NCBI GenBank assembly: GCA_964612105.1
Contig: CAZTEU010000003.1
Span: 3,050 to 67,049, forward strand
DNA length: 64,000 bases
Source: an uncultured Gammaproteobacteria bacterium
GTDB lineage: Bacteria; Patescibacteriota; Patescibacteriia; Magasanikbacterales; UBA922
Direction: 5' to 3'
Part shown: one piece after another, positions 1 to 10,035 of the stretch
Position numbering within the stretch: the stretch's first letter is position 1
Layout of the letters: every line of letters starts with the position of its first letter
Notes under the pieces: generated by a model
What the model was told of the DNA's origin: nothing
Seen by the model: only the letters and a program-made list of their open reading frames with translations
Database searches by the model: none
Position numbers and translations under genes: made by a program

Positions 1-157
1 AAAGGTCGTTGTCTTAGGACTTCGACCTTCTTCTTTTTCAAACACAGAACAAAAAACCACCCGAATCTCCTGATAAAGTACCCACATTGAGTAACTTATC
101 AGGTGACGGGTGGATTTTTATTTCACATCCGGCACCATTACTACACCCCCAGGGATG

Positions 158-988
158 CTAGCTGTCGACTGCAGTATCGTTGTCCGGAACCAGCTGGATT
201 GAGTTCTTGAGTCCGCTTTGCGCTGTCCACATCATGAGCTGAACGCTCCGTGGCTCAATTTGGTCATCACCACCATGCGAACGGTGTGCAAGGTCAGTTG
301 TACGAGACTCTACACCCCCTCGACCGTAGGAGAAGCTGTATGTGACCCAGTATGTGCCCTCCTCATGATATCGGACAGAAAGTGAGTTACAAATTCCGAT
401 CGAATAGAGCAGAATGGCAAACACCACTGGGTATGTGAAACCACTTCCAATCCGCAGGTTGAGTTGTACGGAGAGCTTGGAAACATCCTCGATCTTGTCG
501 AGTTCGCCAGGGCCAGCAAATACATGCGGGCACTCGCTTACAGCGTTCTCGTAGATCTCCTGCCTCAGTGCGCTGATGATTGCGTGTGCACCCCACATGA
601 AGTTAACACCATCTCTATACGTCTCAAAGTTAGAGAGGCCAAGAAGACGAATGTCGCTCAGGAAACCAAGGATAAGGTTCTCAATCCTGTTGACAGCAGA
701 AACTCTGTTCTTTTCGCACTGAACCGTGATTCCCCACGCTCGACGTGCTAAGTCTCGCATCACAGGCGAATCATCGATTGTGATACCGGCAATCTTCTCA
801 CCGGACCACAGCTTCATGAACCGCTTGTAACGCGGAGGTAGTGGGAAGAGCTCCCCCCCATCACCGTCTTCCTCACCGGAACGTAAAGAAGCGCGCACAT
901 CATCCAAATTAACCAAGTCACCCATGTGAATCCTCCAAAGTGACGCCTGTATGCGTCTTAGTCGTTTGTAATACGAGACTAGCAACAA
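158..988 (-). CDS. hypothetical protein encoded in a GC-rich segment (~50% GC vs ~35% flanks); no recognisable family
   Basis: 276-codon uninterrupted ORF in a compositionally atypical segment. No catalytic motif recognised. One hydrophobic stretch (TYPVVFAILLYSIGI). True start may be the internal Met (MGDLVNLDD...). Confidence 0.35.
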   Translation of the reverse strand: MLLVSYYKRLRRIQASLWRIHMGDLVNLDDVRASLRSGEEDGDGGELFPLPPRYKRFMKLWSGEKIAGITIDDSPVMRDLARRAWGITVQCEKNRVSAVNRIENLILGFLSDIRLLGLSNFETYRDGVNFMWGAHAIISALRQEIYENAVSECPHVFAGPGELDKIEDVSKLSVQLNLRIGSGFTYPVVFAILLYSIGICNSLSVRYHEEGTYWVTYSFSYGRGGVESRTTDLAHRSHGGDDQIEPRSVQLMMWTAQSGLKNSIQLVPDNDTAVDS

Positions 989-1002
989 ACACTAAAAAAG
1001 TC

Positions 1003-1027
1003 AAAACCCTCCAAAAGGAGGGTTTTT
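1003..1027. terminator. bidirectional rho-independent terminator (A4-CCCTCC-aaaa-GGAGGG-T5)
   Basis: Perfect 6-bp GC-rich stem with a 4-nt loop, flanked by an A-run and a T-run, so it can terminate on either strand. It lies between the convergent GC-rich ORF and the hppA 3' end. Confidence 0.55.
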
Positions 1028-1044
1028 ATATCTCTGTGAGTCTT

Positions 1045-3033
1045 TTACTTTAGTAATCCAACAATCAGCAATGCAACTATATTAGCTACCTTAATCATAG
1101 GGTTAATTGCTGGACCCGCTGTATCTTTGTACGGATCACCAACAGTATCACCTGTAACAGCAGCAGCATGTGCATTACTTCCTTTTCCACCATGGTGACC
1201 ATCTTCTATATATTTCTTTGCATTGTCCCAAGCTCCACCACCAGCTGTCATTGAGATTGCTACAAATAGTCCTGTAATGATTGTTCCCACTAGAAGTCCA
1301 CCAAGCGCAGCTTCTCCAAGAATTAGTCCCACAGCTATTGGAACTGCTATTGGGATAAGAGCAGGTAAAATCATTTGTCCGATTGCACCTTTTGTAACTA
1401 TATCTACACATCTTGCATAGTCTGGTTTTCCAGAACCGTCCATAATTCCATGAATTTGCTTAAACTGACGGCGTACTTCACGGACGACATCTCCAGCAAC
1501 CTTACCAACTGATTCCATTAGGAACGCTCCAAACAAGTATGGTAATAGTCCACCAATAAATAGTCCTGCAAGAACATTAGGGTCATCTATCCTAAATACA
1601 CTGCTCATTCCAAATTCTGTAAGTTTGTGAGTATAATCAGCAAATAATACCAGAGCCGCTAAAGCAGCACTTGCAATAGCGTATCCTTTAGTTACAGCTT
1701 TTGTTGTGTTTCCAACTGCGTCTAGCTTATCTGTCCTATTTCTTACATCTTCTGATAAGTTACTCATTTCTGCTATACCACCTGCGTTATCTGTAATTGG
1801 TCCGTATGCATCTATAGCCACAACAATTCCAGTTAGTGAAAGCATTGCCATAGCAGCAATTGCAATTCCATATAGTCCTGCAAGACTAAAAGCACCAAGT
1901 ACAGCTATTACAATAAACAGCACTGGCCAAGCTGTAGCTTTCATAGAAACAGCGAGTCCAGAAATTACGTTTGTTCCGTGTCCAGTTTCACTTGCTTTTG
2001 CAATTGACTTTACTGGTTTGTGTTCTGTAGAAGTGTAGTACTCTGTAATCCAAACCATAAGTCCTGTAAGAACTATTCCAATGAATGCACTGAGGAATAA
2101 TGGTTTTACTCCGATACCAAGTTCTGGAGCATATTGTCTTGTTACAAAGTAGATTCCAATAAGTGCTAATACAGATGTCCAAATTAGTCCTTTGTACAGA
2201 GCACCCATGATGTTCTTTTTTCTTTTTCCAAGCTTAATGAACATTGTTCCAAGAATAGATGCTACGATAGACACACCTCCAATTATTAATGGAAACTCTA
2301 TTGCAGCAATTCCGTTTTCGAAAGTTAGGTAACCAAGAACCATGGTTGCTACTGCAGTTACAGCATATGTCTCAAAAAGGTCTGCTGCCATTCCTGCACA
2401 ATCACCCACGTTATCCCCAACATTATCTGCAATAACAGCTGGATTACGTGGATCATCTTCTGGAATACCAGCCTCCACTTTTCCAACCAAGTCAGCTCCA
2501 ACGTCTGCAGCTTTTGTAAATATTCCACCACCAATTCTAGCAAAGATAGAAATTAAACTTCCACCAAATGCTAGACCGATAAGAGCATCCACGTCTTTGA
2601 AAATCAAATAAAAACCTGTAACACCAAGTAGACCAAGACCTACAACCAAAAGACCTGTTACAGAACCACCTTTTACTGCCACACCTAATGCTTCTTTAAG
2701 GCTCTTCTTTGCAGCCTCTGTTGTTCTTACATTAGCCTGTACAGAGATTATCATTCCTAGATAACCAGATAATCCAGAAAATACGGCCCCAACTAAGAAC
2801 CCTATACCTGTGTTAAGACTCAAGAATTTCCAGAGCACTAGAAATACAACTATTGCTACCCATGCAATTGTCTTGTACTGACGCGAAAGATACGCGCGTG
2901 CTCCTTCTTCTACAGCCTTGGCAATGTTTTGCATTTTTTCATCGCCTGCTGGGAGTTTCTTAATCCATCCTATTAAATATGCGCCGTACGCAATAGCCAA
3001 TACGGCCGGTACGATCGTAAGTGCTTCGAACAT
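1045..3033 (-). CDS. hppA: membrane-bound H+/Na+-translocating pyrophosphatase (V-PPase)
   Basis: 662 aa with many TM helices. Hallmark [18 protein letters not shown] and DNVGD motifs, plus the typical N-terminus and overall architecture of K+/H+ PPases. Confidence 0.93.
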   Translation of the reverse strand: MFEALTIVPAVLAIAYGAYLIGWIKKLPAGDEKMQNIAKAVEEGARAYLSRQYKTIAWVAIVVFLVLWKFLSLNTGIGFLVGAVFSGLSGYLGMIISVQANVRTTEAAKKSLKEALGVAVKGGSVTGLLVVGLGLLGVTGFYLIFKDVDALIGLAFGGSLISIFARIGGGIFTKAADVGADLVGKVEAGIPEDDPRNPAVIADNVGDNVGDCAGMAADLFETYAVTAVATMVLGYLTFENGIAAIEFPLIIGGVSIVASILGTMFIKLGKRKKNIMGALYKGLIWTSVLALIGIYFVTRQYAPELGIGVKPLFLSAFIGIVLTGLMVWITEYYTSTEHKPVKSIAKASETGHGTNVISGLAVSMKATAWPVLFIVIAVLGAFSLAGLYGIAIAAMAMLSLTGIVVAIDAYGPITDNAGGIAEMSNLSEDVRNRTDKLDAVGNTTKAVTKGYAIASAALAALVLFADYTHKLTEFGMSSVFRIDDPNVLAGLFIGGLLPYLFGAFLMESVGKVAGDVVREVRRQFKQIHGIMDGSGKPDYARCVDIVTKGAIGQMILPALIPIAVPIAVGLILGEAALGGLLVGTIITGLFVAISMTAGGGAWDNAKKYIEDGHHGGKGSNAHAAAVTGDTVGDPYKDTAGPAINPMIKVANIVALLIVGLLK

Positions 3034-3110
3034 AGTGTTCTATTTACGAAGTTAATAATGAAAAATACTAGCGAGATTATAGGAAAAAGAGCGAATAAAG
3101 TCAATAGACC

Positions 3111-3626
3111 TTAAAACTTATACAAATATATGGATACATCTTTTTCTGAAGGCTTGTTTACAACAATAGGCTCCCAACCCTCTATCTTAAATGCATAAGA
3201 TATTAATTTCATTCCAGATTTAGCCTCTTTTTTTATCTTATCCTTAAACTTCTTCTTTAATTTATCTGGCATTCCCCATACATACACCACATCCGCTTTT
3301 GATATATCCTCCTTGAATAGATTTCCCAATTTGAACTTCACCCTTTTGTTTCTGTGGAATATATTGCGTAGAATGCAAGTAATATACATAACTGGCGCAA
3401 GTTCTACACCAATTGCTTTTACATCAAAATGTTTTCCAGCATATAGAACTACTTTTCCATTACCACATCCAAGATCATAAAAAATATCTCCAGATTTTAG
3501 TTCTGCAACCTCAAAAATTCTTTTCAAATCACGACTTCTGCAAGGAACCCATGGCGCAAAACTAAGAGAAGCGAAAAATGCGCTTCCGAGTAGAATAAAA
3601 ATTATTAGATAAAAAATTAATTCCAT
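3111..3626 (-). CDS. small class I SAM-dependent methyltransferase with N-terminal TM helix
   Basis: DLGCGNGK SAM-binding motif I followed by a Rossmann-like pattern; 171 aa. Confidence 0.6.
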   Translation of the reverse strand: MELIFYLIIFILLGSAFFASLSFAPWVPCRSRDLKRIFEVAELKSGDIFYDLGCGNGKVVLYAGKHFDVKAIGVELAPVMYITCILRNIFHRNKRVKFKLGNLFKEDISKADVVYVWGMPDKLKKKFKDKIKKEAKSGMKLISYAFKIEGWEPIVVNKPSEKDVSIYLYKF

Positions 3627-3635
3627 TACATTGTT

Positions 3636-4640
3636 TTAACTCTCTACTTCTCTTACTGCTGTCGGAACCTCCATAGTTACAGGCATAGATGTAAATTTAG
3701 TTATTCCTTCGTCCCTTACATTTTCCATAACTTTATCTTTCTTAGCAAGAATAACATATCCCTGCGCCTCTATCCACCAACCTATCATCAGCATTTCTAT
3801 CAATCCATATAATTCTGCAACTGCAAGAGAAAAAGGTTTAGTATGAATTTTTATAAAGTTTAGAAGTCCATTAATATTTTTGAGAAAGAAAAATTTATTT
3901 TGTTTGTGTAGTGCTTCGTACATTTCATCTGGATGAACAAAAAACTTTGCCCAGAACACAGAATACATTTTTTTAATAACAAAACCAGCTTTTCCCAACA
4001 AATCAATTAGTTCTGTTTTACTGTACAAAGAAATATGATGCTCCGCATGAGGATCTGTATTGAGCCCTCTTTTGAACATATAATTTCTTATGTAGGCATG
4101 TCTACCAAGTTTTGACTCAGCAAACATTGCCAAAGTACCACCTTGTTTAAGAGCACGTGTAATTTCTAACAACCATGAGGGAACATCACTAACATGACCA
4201 AGAACATCTGAGCTATATACCACATCTACTGTTCCATCAGAAAAAGGAAGAGTCTTGCCATCGAACCAAAGAATCTCAGCCCACACACCAGATTCTTTTA
4301 TTTTTCTCTTCGCAACATCTGTTTGTAGTTGGATTACATCTAACCCAATCACTTCTACAGACCTACCAAACATCTTCTTGAAGTCCACTACTGCCCCGCC
4401 TGTTCCACAACCAATATCTATTATTCTTGGTTTCCTACCCTCTCTCTTTGCTTGATTAACAGCTCTCCTTACATACTTGTATAGCAAGAATTTCTTAGGA
4501 TAAAAAACAAGCTTTAACCTGTCTTTAATAGTAATATGCTCACCTATAAAGACTGGAGGGGCATCCCACATTTCTGTCCCCTCACCCTCAACAGTCCCCC
4601 ATCCGCGAGACTTGCTTTTTTCTTTTTTTTCGTGTTTCAT
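3636..4640 (-). CDS. class I SAM-dependent methyltransferase (Methyltransf_11/25-like) with C-terminal extension
   Basis: IIDIGCGTGG motif I, acidic motif II (GLDV), VDVVYSSDVLGHV motif III. Confidence 0.65.
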   Translation of the reverse strand: MKHEKKEKSKSRGWGTVEGEGTEMWDAPPVFIGEHITIKDRLKLVFYPKKFLLYKYVRRAVNQAKREGRKPRIIDIGCGTGGAVVDFKKMFGRSVEVIGLDVIQLQTDVAKRKIKESGVWAEILWFDGKTLPFSDGTVDVVYSSDVLGHVSDVPSWLLEITRALKQGGTLAMFAESKLGRHAYIRNYMFKRGLNTDPHAEHHISLYSKTELIDLLGKAGFVIKKMYSVFWAKFFVHPDEMYEALHKQNKFFFLKNINGLLNFIKIHTKPFSLAVAELYGLIEMLMIGWWIEAQGYVILAKKDKVMENVRDEGITKFTSMPVTMEVPTAVREVES

Positions 4641-4667
4641 GTCTTTTAGTATATCATAGTAGTTAAT

Positions 4668-5381
4668 ATGTTGGAGAATGGATTTATTTTAATAGACAAA
4701 CCAAAAGACTGGACCAGCCATGATGTTGTTGGGTATCTTCGTGGTGTTACAAAAATTAAGAAGATTGGGCACGCGGGCACGCTAGATCCATTTGCAACAG
4801 GCCTACTTATTGTTGGAATAGGTCGTGAAGCTACCAAACTACTGGACTCATTCCATAGGCATGAGAAAACTTACACTACAAAGATAAAACTTGGAGCCGT
4901 GAGTGATTCCCAGGATAGTACAGGTGTAATTACTCAATATGGTAATAATATAAAACCAGAACTGGTAGATGTTATAAAAACATTAGAATCTTTTGAGGGA
5001 GAACAAGAACAAATTCCACCCATGCATTCAGCAAAAAAAGTGGGCGGTAAAAAGCTATATGACCTAGCAAGAAAAGGAATAGAAATAGAACGACAGCCAA
5101 ATACTATTAATATCTCAAATATTGAGTTAATAAGTTACGACTTCCCCACCCTAGAAATATCTGTAACTTGCTCTACCGGAACATACATACGTACTCTTAC
5201 TCACGACATTGGACAAGCTCTTGGAACAGGCGCTTACTGCGAAGAATTACGTAGAACATCAATTGGGTCATATTCTGTTAATGATGCTCATCTTCCTAAG
5301 ACCCTCTCAAAGCAAGATATCCACAGGCACCTATTTTTTCCTTCGCAAACCAACCAGATTGACAAAAACCAGAATATGTGA
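4668..5381 (+). CDS. truB: tRNA pseudouridine(55) synthase TruB (short form without PUA domain)
   Basis: ILIDKPKDWTSHDVV...GHAGTLDPFATGLL catalytic Asp motif typical of TruB; 237 aa. Confidence 0.88.
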   Translation: MLENGFILIDKPKDWTSHDVVGYLRGVTKIKKIGHAGTLDPFATGLLIVGIGREATKLLDSFHRHEKTYTTKIKLGAVSDSQDSTGVITQYGNNIKPELVDVIKTLESFEGEQEQIPPMHSAKKVGGKKLYDLARKGIEIERQPNTINISNIELISYDFPTLEISVTCSTGTYIRTLTHDIGQALGTGAYCEELRRTSIGSYSVNDAHLPKTLSKQDIHRHLFFPSQTNQIDKNQNM

Positions 5382-5539
5382 TAATCTGTACTCAGTTATT
5401 ATTCAATAAAGTCTGACTCGGATCTAAATCTGTTGTGGTGGAAAAAGGGCTAATCTTAGCAAAAATGTCAATTATTACCTCAGAAAAAACACTCAATACC
5501 GCATAATTCTCGCGGAATTGTTCGTCTACAAAAAAATTA

Positions 5540-7126
5540 TTGACTCCACACAATAGAATAGACTCCGGCTCAGGTACGGAAATTTTTTGTATGATTTTTA
5601 CTAAAACAGTTATAGCTATCCTGATCAGTCTTACCACTGGTGGTGTTGGGTTGATTCTGGGATACATTCTGCGCAAGCAAATTGCAGCGTCTCAAGCCAA
5701 CAATGTTGAGGCAATTGCAGAGAAGAAGCTAATGCAGGCAAGAAATAAGGAGCAGGAAGTTCTACTCCAAGCTAAGGAGAAAGCCATCAAAATTATTGAT
5801 GAAGCCAAGAAAGACGAGGTAGAACGTCGCAAAGAGAACAAGGATATGCAACATCGTCTGCAAAAGCGTGAGGAAATGTTCGATAAACAGCTCCTTGATT
5901 TTGAGAACAAAAAAACTGACTTACAGGAGAAAGCGGAACTGGTAAAGAAGATTAAAACTCAAATTGAGAAAAAGCATGATGAAGCTGTAAACAAACTTTC
6001 TGAGATTTCTAACTTCACCCCAGACCAAGCTAAAGAAGAGCTGTTCCAGAAGATAGAGGTAAACGCAAAGGAAGACCTTATGGGTCGTGTTCTAAAAATG
6101 GAACAGCAGGGTCATGAAACACTTGAGGAAAAAGCACAAGATATAATGATCTGTGCAATGCAAAGAACAGCTGCTAACCATGCTTCAGAAACCACCTCTA
6201 CTGCGGTACCTCTTCCAAGCGATGAAATGAAGGGGCGTATCATTGGAAAAGAAGGAAGAAATATTAAGACAATAGAAAAGCTTACGGGTTGTGAGCTTAT
6301 TATTGATGAAACTCCAGAGCTTATACTAATCTCAAGTTTCTCACCAATCCGTCGTCGTGTGTGTTCTATTGCTCTATCTAAACTTATTAAAGATGGACGT
6401 ATACAACCAGCAAAAATTGAGGAATATGTGCAAGAGGCAAAGAAAGAGCTTGCAATAGACCTTAAGAAAGCTGGAGAGGAAGCGTTACATAAGATGGGAA
6501 TTGTTGGAATAGACCCAAAACTAGCTTCAATAGTTGGACGATTAAAATATCGTACAAGTTATGGGCAGAACGTACTAAACCACTCACTAGAAGTAGGATA
6601 CCTAGCTGGAATTATGGCTCAGGAAGTTGGAGCAGATCCACAGAAAGCACGTCGTGCTGGATTCTTCCACGATATTGGAAAAGCTGTAGACCACGATACA
6701 GAAGGTACACATACAGAAATTGGTTATACGATTATAAAGAAATTCAAACTAGATGAAGATACAGCTCAGGTTGCACTTACTCATCACGACACTAATCCCC
6801 CACTATTACTCACCAAACTTGTAATGGCTGCAGATGCGATTTCTGCATCACGTGTTGGTGCTCGTCGTGACAGTTATGAGGAATATGTTGCTCGCCTTAA
6901 AGAGTTAGAAGGCACAGCAAAAGACTTCCCTGGTGTGGATAAGGTATATGCTATCCAGGCTGGACGTGAAGTTCGTGTATTCATTAATCCTCATGATGTG
7001 GATGACTACCAGGCATATAACCTAGCTAAGGATATTGCTCGTAGAATAGAAAATGAGTTATCGTATCCCGGAGAGATTAAGGTAAATGTTATACGAGAGA
7101 CTCGCACGATAGAGTACGCGAGGTAA
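5540..7126 (+). CDS. rny: ribonuclease Y (TM anchor, KH domain and HD domain)
   Basis: KH motif GRIIGKEGRNIKTIE and HD motif FFHDIGKAVDH, with coiled-coil N-terminal half. The ORF-track start is TTG; the ATG at ~5588 (MIFTKTV...) is the likelier start. Confidence 0.9.
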   Translation: MTPHNRIDSGSGTEIFCMIFTKTVIAILISLTTGGVGLILGYILRKQIAASQANNVEAIAEKKLMQARNKEQEVLLQAKEKAIKIIDEAKKDEVERRKENKDMQHRLQKREEMFDKQLLDFENKKTDLQEKAELVKKIKTQIEKKHDEAVNKLSEISNFTPDQAKEELFQKIEVNAKEDLMGRVLKMEQQGHETLEEKAQDIMICAMQRTAANHASETTSTAVPLPSDEMKGRIIGKEGRNIKTIEKLTGCELIIDETPELILISSFSPIRRRVCSIALSKLIKDGRIQPAKIEEYVQEAKKELAIDLKKAGEEALHKMGIVGIDPKLASIVGRLKYRTSYGQNVLNHSLEVGYLAGIMAQEVGADPQKARRAGFFHDIGKAVDHDTEGTHTEIGYTIIKKFKLDEDTAQVALTHHDTNPPLLLTKLVMAADAISASRVGARRDSYEEYVARLKELEGTAKDFPGVDKVYAIQAGREVRVFINPHDVDDYQAYNLAKDIARRIENELSYPGEIKVNVIRETRTIEYAR

Positions 7127-7147
7127 TAAAACAGATAAAAAATAAAA

Positions 7148-7172
7148 GAGCCCGTTATGGGTTCTTTTATTT
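7148..7172 (+). terminator. rho-independent terminator after rny
   Basis: GAGCCC-gttat-GGGTTC hairpin followed by TTTTATTTT. Confidence 0.5.
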
Positions 7173-7192
7173 TCATGCTTTTTTCCCTCTAT

Positions 7193-7220
7193 TGACTGTT
7201 TTTTTATAATGTTGTAGAAT
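7193..7220 (+). promoter_or_regulatory. sigma70-like promoter for hup (TTGACT -16 nt- TAGAAT)
   Basis: Near-consensus -35 and -10 hexamers with 16-nt spacing, ~30 nt upstream of the hup ATG. Confidence 0.5.
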
Positions 7221-7248
7221 AAAAGCATATTTTTCAATAAGACATAAT

Positions 7249-7623
7249 ATGAGCACAGTAAACAAAGTCGCACTTGCGCAAATGATTGCCGACAAAGTCG
7301 GACTTAATAAAAAAGAAGGAGAAGAGGTTGTAGCAGCATTCACTCAGATTGTTACAGACACACTTGTAAAAGGTGATGATGTAACGATTTCAGGTTTTGG
7401 TGCATTTAGCGCTAAAATGCGCGCAGGAAGAGTTGGGGTAAACCCACAGAACCCAAGTCAGAAAATAGATATACCACCTGTCACAGTACCAAAATTCAAG
7501 GCTGGAAAGGCTCTAAAGGATGCATTAAAGAAAAAAGGATCATCTACACCCGCAGAACCAGTAAATGAAGCTAATACAGATTCAGAAGCTCCGGTACTAA
7601 ATGATTCACACTCAGATTTCTAA
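7249..7623 (+). CDS. hup: HU family DNA-binding protein with ~35-aa low-complexity C-terminal tail
   Basis: N-terminal 90 aa match HU/IHF (GFGAFSAKMRAGRVGVNPQNPSQKIDIP arm region). The tail is rich in K/S/T/P/E. Confidence 0.88.
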   Translation: MSTVNKVALAQMIADKVGLNKKEGEEVVAAFTQIVTDTLVKGDDVTISGFGAFSAKMRAGRVGVNPQNPSQKIDIPPVTVPKFKAGKALKDALKKKGSSTPAEPVNEANTDSEAPVLNDSHSDF

Positions 7624-7643
7624 ACTTAAGCAAAACACCACAA

Positions 7644-7668
7644 AACCCCGAAATTATCGGGGTTTTTG
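7644..7668 (+). terminator. rho-independent terminator after hup
   Basis: CCCCGAAATTATCGGGG hairpin followed by T5. Confidence 0.6.
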
Positions 7669-7672
7669 ATTG

Positions 7673-7746
7673 TGTCAGGGGGGAGATTTGAACTCCCGAC
7701 CTCAGGGTTATGAATCCTGCGCTCTCACCAACTGAGCTACCCTGAC
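7673..7746 (-). tRNA. tRNA-Met (anticodon CAT; could alternatively be tRNA-Ile2/lysidine type)
   Basis: Hand-folded cloverleaf on the minus strand: acceptor GTCAGGG/CCCTGAC, D-arm GCTC-AGTTGGTGA-GAGC, anticodon loop TTCATAA, T-arm GGGAG-TTCAAAT-CTCCC. G1-C72 pairing, so it is not the initiator. One A31-C39 mismatch in the anticodon stem. Confidence 0.8.
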
Positions 7747-7752
7747 TTTTTG

Positions 7753-7824
7753 CAGCCCCAAGGGGAATCGAACCCCTGTTTGATGGATGAGAACCATCTG
7801 TCCTAACCACTAGACGATGGGGCC
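7753..7824 (-). tRNA. tRNA-Glu (anticodon CTC)
   Basis: Hand-folded cloverleaf: acceptor GGCCCCA/TGGGGCT (G1-U72 wobble), D-arm GTCT-AGTGGTTA-GGAC, anticodon stem GATGG/CCATC with loop TTCTCAT, T-arm AGGGG-TTCGATT-CCCCT. Closely resembles canonical bacterial tRNA-Glu. Confidence 0.8.
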
Positions 7825-7879
7825 GTGTAAGCAATTAACGAGAGGAGTATACATTTTTTTATCTCTCTGGTCAAGTGTG

Positions 7880-9661
7880 TTATCTACTTGGAGGCACTTG
7901 GTAATATTGCAATAGAAATTTAGCAATATCACCAAACGTGTTTGCAGCTGTACTCGCAGAGAAACGACGTCTAGGCTTCTCATACTTTACTATCATTACA
8001 AACCTTGGATTGTCCGCTGGAGCAAAACCAATAAACGAATGATTTGTCTCGTCTGTATACCCTCCCTTTCCAGGAATCTGTGCTGTACCTGTCTTACCAG
8101 CAACATAATATCCATCAACACCAGCACGCCCAGCATGACCATTGTCTACTACATTCACTAACATACCTCCTACGAGTTTAGATGTTCTTTGGCTTACAAC
8201 TCTGCGTATCTCTATTGGTTTTGTCCTCTCAATTTTACCATCACTATATCTTATTTCCTCAACGATATATGGTTTCTGCAATACTCCACCATTAGCTATA
8301 GCAGAAAAAGATGTAGCCATTTGCATTGGTGTTGCTGTTATTCCTTGACCAAATGATGCAGTAGCTCCATAGCAATCAAGGCTATTATCATTGTTTATGG
8401 ACAAGGTGTCTATTACACCTGTCCTCTCTGTGTCTAACTCTACACCCTCCTTAACCCCAAAACCAAAATTCTCTATATATTCTCTAAACTTTGCCTTTCC
8501 TAGCTGTTCTGCCACATACACCATTCCTGTATTTACTGAGTTTTCTAAAACCTCACTCATTGTTTGTTCTTCATACACTTTTCCATCTGCATTTCTTATT
8601 GGTTTTTGACAAACACCAGCCTTAGATCCGGAATCATAGAATATACTTTGTGGAGTTAGCAATGACTCATTAATAGCCCCAGCCATTGCTATTGGTTTAA
8701 AAATAGAACCTGGTTCGTATGGAGTGAAAATTGCTGTATTGTTATATACCTCAATTGTTTCTACCTCATTGTATGTATTTGGATCGAAGTCTGGCAATGA
8801 GCACATGGCCCTAACTGCCCCAGAATATGGATCCATTATTATTAATGACGCGCTAGTAGCGCCATATTCTTCCATACCTGCTCTAAGATATTCACAGGCT
8901 TTGAACTGGACAGTGCGATCAATTGTCAAAAGTAGGTCAGCCCCATCTTTTGCTGGTTTTAGGGATTTTCCAGCCAGAGAAATCCAACTACCAGAAGCAC
9001 TACGAACACCTTCTAAAAAACCACCACTTCCACTAAGATCCCTGTTCCAATACCCCTCTATACCGTATCTTCCTATCTCTCTCTCACCAGTATCATCCTT
9101 ACCTAAAAAACCAATTACATGGGCAGCCAGGACACCTTCTGGGTAGTATCTAAATGATTTTCTTATAAAACCTATCCCTTCCAACTCCATAGCTCTTATT
9201 TGATCTACAACGTCATGGGCTACTTTTTGTTCAATTGGCTCATAAGGATCATCTACTTTTTTTAGTTTTAGGAAAAGTTGAAACTTCTGCTCATCATCGT
9301 ATTTGAAAACTGAGGATAGCTTTTCTGCTATGTCCTCAGCCTGTTCTTCTGAAGATATGTCACGAGTATCAGCAAAAACAACAAAATAATCTGCATTTAT
9401 TGCAAGTTTATACTCCTCGCCACTTCTAGAGTCCTGCACGTATACATTTCCGCGCTCAGGAACTAACTTTGCATAGATTTCCTGCGTTCCTTGTGCAAGA
9501 GCAACATAGAAACTATGCTGGAAGATCATAAGAAAAATTAGACGAATAGCAACCGCTCCTGCAAAACCAAAAACAACCCATGATAGTAGATCTATACGTG
9601 TAAAGCTATATTTATGTTTGCGTGGGCTTTCAGAATAGCGCCCATAGATCCTAGTTGCCAT
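7880..9661 (-). CDS. class B penicillin-binding protein / peptidoglycan D,D-transpeptidase (PBP2/FtsI family)
   Basis: N-terminal TM anchor and dimerisation domain. Transpeptidase motifs SxxK (GSIFKP), SxN (SVNTG) and KTG (GKTGTA). Confidence 0.9.
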   Translation of the reverse strand: MATRIYGRYSESPRKHKYSFTRIDLLSWVVFGFAGAVAIRLIFLMIFQHSFYVALAQGTQEIYAKLVPERGNVYVQDSRSGEEYKLAINADYFVVFADTRDISSEEQAEDIAEKLSSVFKYDDEQKFQLFLKLKKVDDPYEPIEQKVAHDVVDQIRAMELEGIGFIRKSFRYYPEGVLAAHVIGFLGKDDTGEREIGRYGIEGYWNRDLSGSGGFLEGVRSASGSWISLAGKSLKPAKDGADLLLTIDRTVQFKACEYLRAGMEEYGATSASLIIMDPYSGAVRAMCSLPDFDPNTYNEVETIEVYNNTAIFTPYEPGSIFKPIAMAGAINESLLTPQSIFYDSGSKAGVCQKPIRNADGKVYEEQTMSEVLENSVNTGMVYVAEQLGKAKFREYIENFGFGVKEGVELDTERTGVIDTLSINNDNSLDCYGATASFGQGITATPMQMATSFSAIANGGVLQKPYIVEEIRYSDGKIERTKPIEIRRVVSQRTSKLVGGMLVNVVDNGHAGRAGVDGYYVAGKTGTAQIPGKGGYTDETNHSFIGFAPADNPRFVMIVKYEKPRRRFSASTAANTFGDIAKFLLQYYQVPPSR

Positions 9662-9667
9662 ATTCTA

Positions 9668-9694
9668 AAAACCCCGATTTAATCGGGGCTCTTT
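9668..9694 (-). terminator. rho-independent terminator after YtxH-like gene (functional on minus strand)
   Basis: CCCCGATTTAATCGGGG hairpin; on the minus strand it is followed by T5. Confidence 0.55.
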
Positions 9695-9994
9695 TTATTT
9701 TTTTCTAAACTGTGCATTTAATAGCCGAACTACCATATTCTTTGCGTTATTGGCTAATTTGTTATTTACAGCATACTTGTCTACAACTTCCTGCACTATT
9801 TTTGTGTATTTACTCTTTGAAACTTTTTTCCAGCCACCAGAAGCAACGACTTTCTTCTTTACATCAGGATATAGCTTGGTAGCTACCTCAACCATCTGTT
9901 GCCTTACTTCTTTACCTTTTTTTGTGGAAAACATCCACATTAGTCCGGCACCAAGAAGACCACCAAGGACTGCGCCTTTTTTAAAACGTCCCAT
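9695..9994 (-). CDS. YtxH-like (DUF948) small membrane-associated protein
   Basis: N-terminal GxxxGxxxG hydrophobic helix (GAVLGGLLGAGLMWMF) followed by a charged coiled region, matching the YtxH pattern. Confidence 0.45.
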   Translation of the reverse strand: MGRFKKGAVLGGLLGAGLMWMFSTKKGKEVRQQMVEVATKLYPDVKKKVVASGGWKKVSKSKYTKIVQEVVDKYAVNNKLANNAKNMVVRLLNAQFRKK

Positions 9995-10035
9995 ATTTTT
10001 ATGTTTATATACTTATGAGACAAGTATATCACAAT

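Noticed and set aside
1-1000. GC-rich segment as a possible rRNA fragment or large structured ncRNA (RNase P, tmRNA, group II intron)
   Set aside because: Scanned both strands for universal 16S/23S motifs, RNase P P4 (GGAAAGUCCGG), the tmRNA T-arm/tag region and intron domain V, and none were present. A 276-codon stop-free frame in ~50% GC DNA is very unlikely by chance, so a protein-coding call is favoured.
1175-2611. Several 60-110-aa ORFs (both strands) inside hppA, e.g. 1175..1411, 1223..1420, 1706..2038, 2342..2611
   Set aside because: They lie entirely inside, or antisense to, a high-confidence 662-aa pyrophosphatase gene. Their composition is low-complexity (Ser/Pro/Ala-rich), typical of out-of-frame translation, with no independent start signals.
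5392-5676. 94-aa minus-strand ORF spanning the truB-rny intergenic region and rny 5' end
   Set aside because: It overlaps the rny start region antisense and has no RBS or domain signal. The intergenic region more plausibly holds the rny promoter and 5' UTR.
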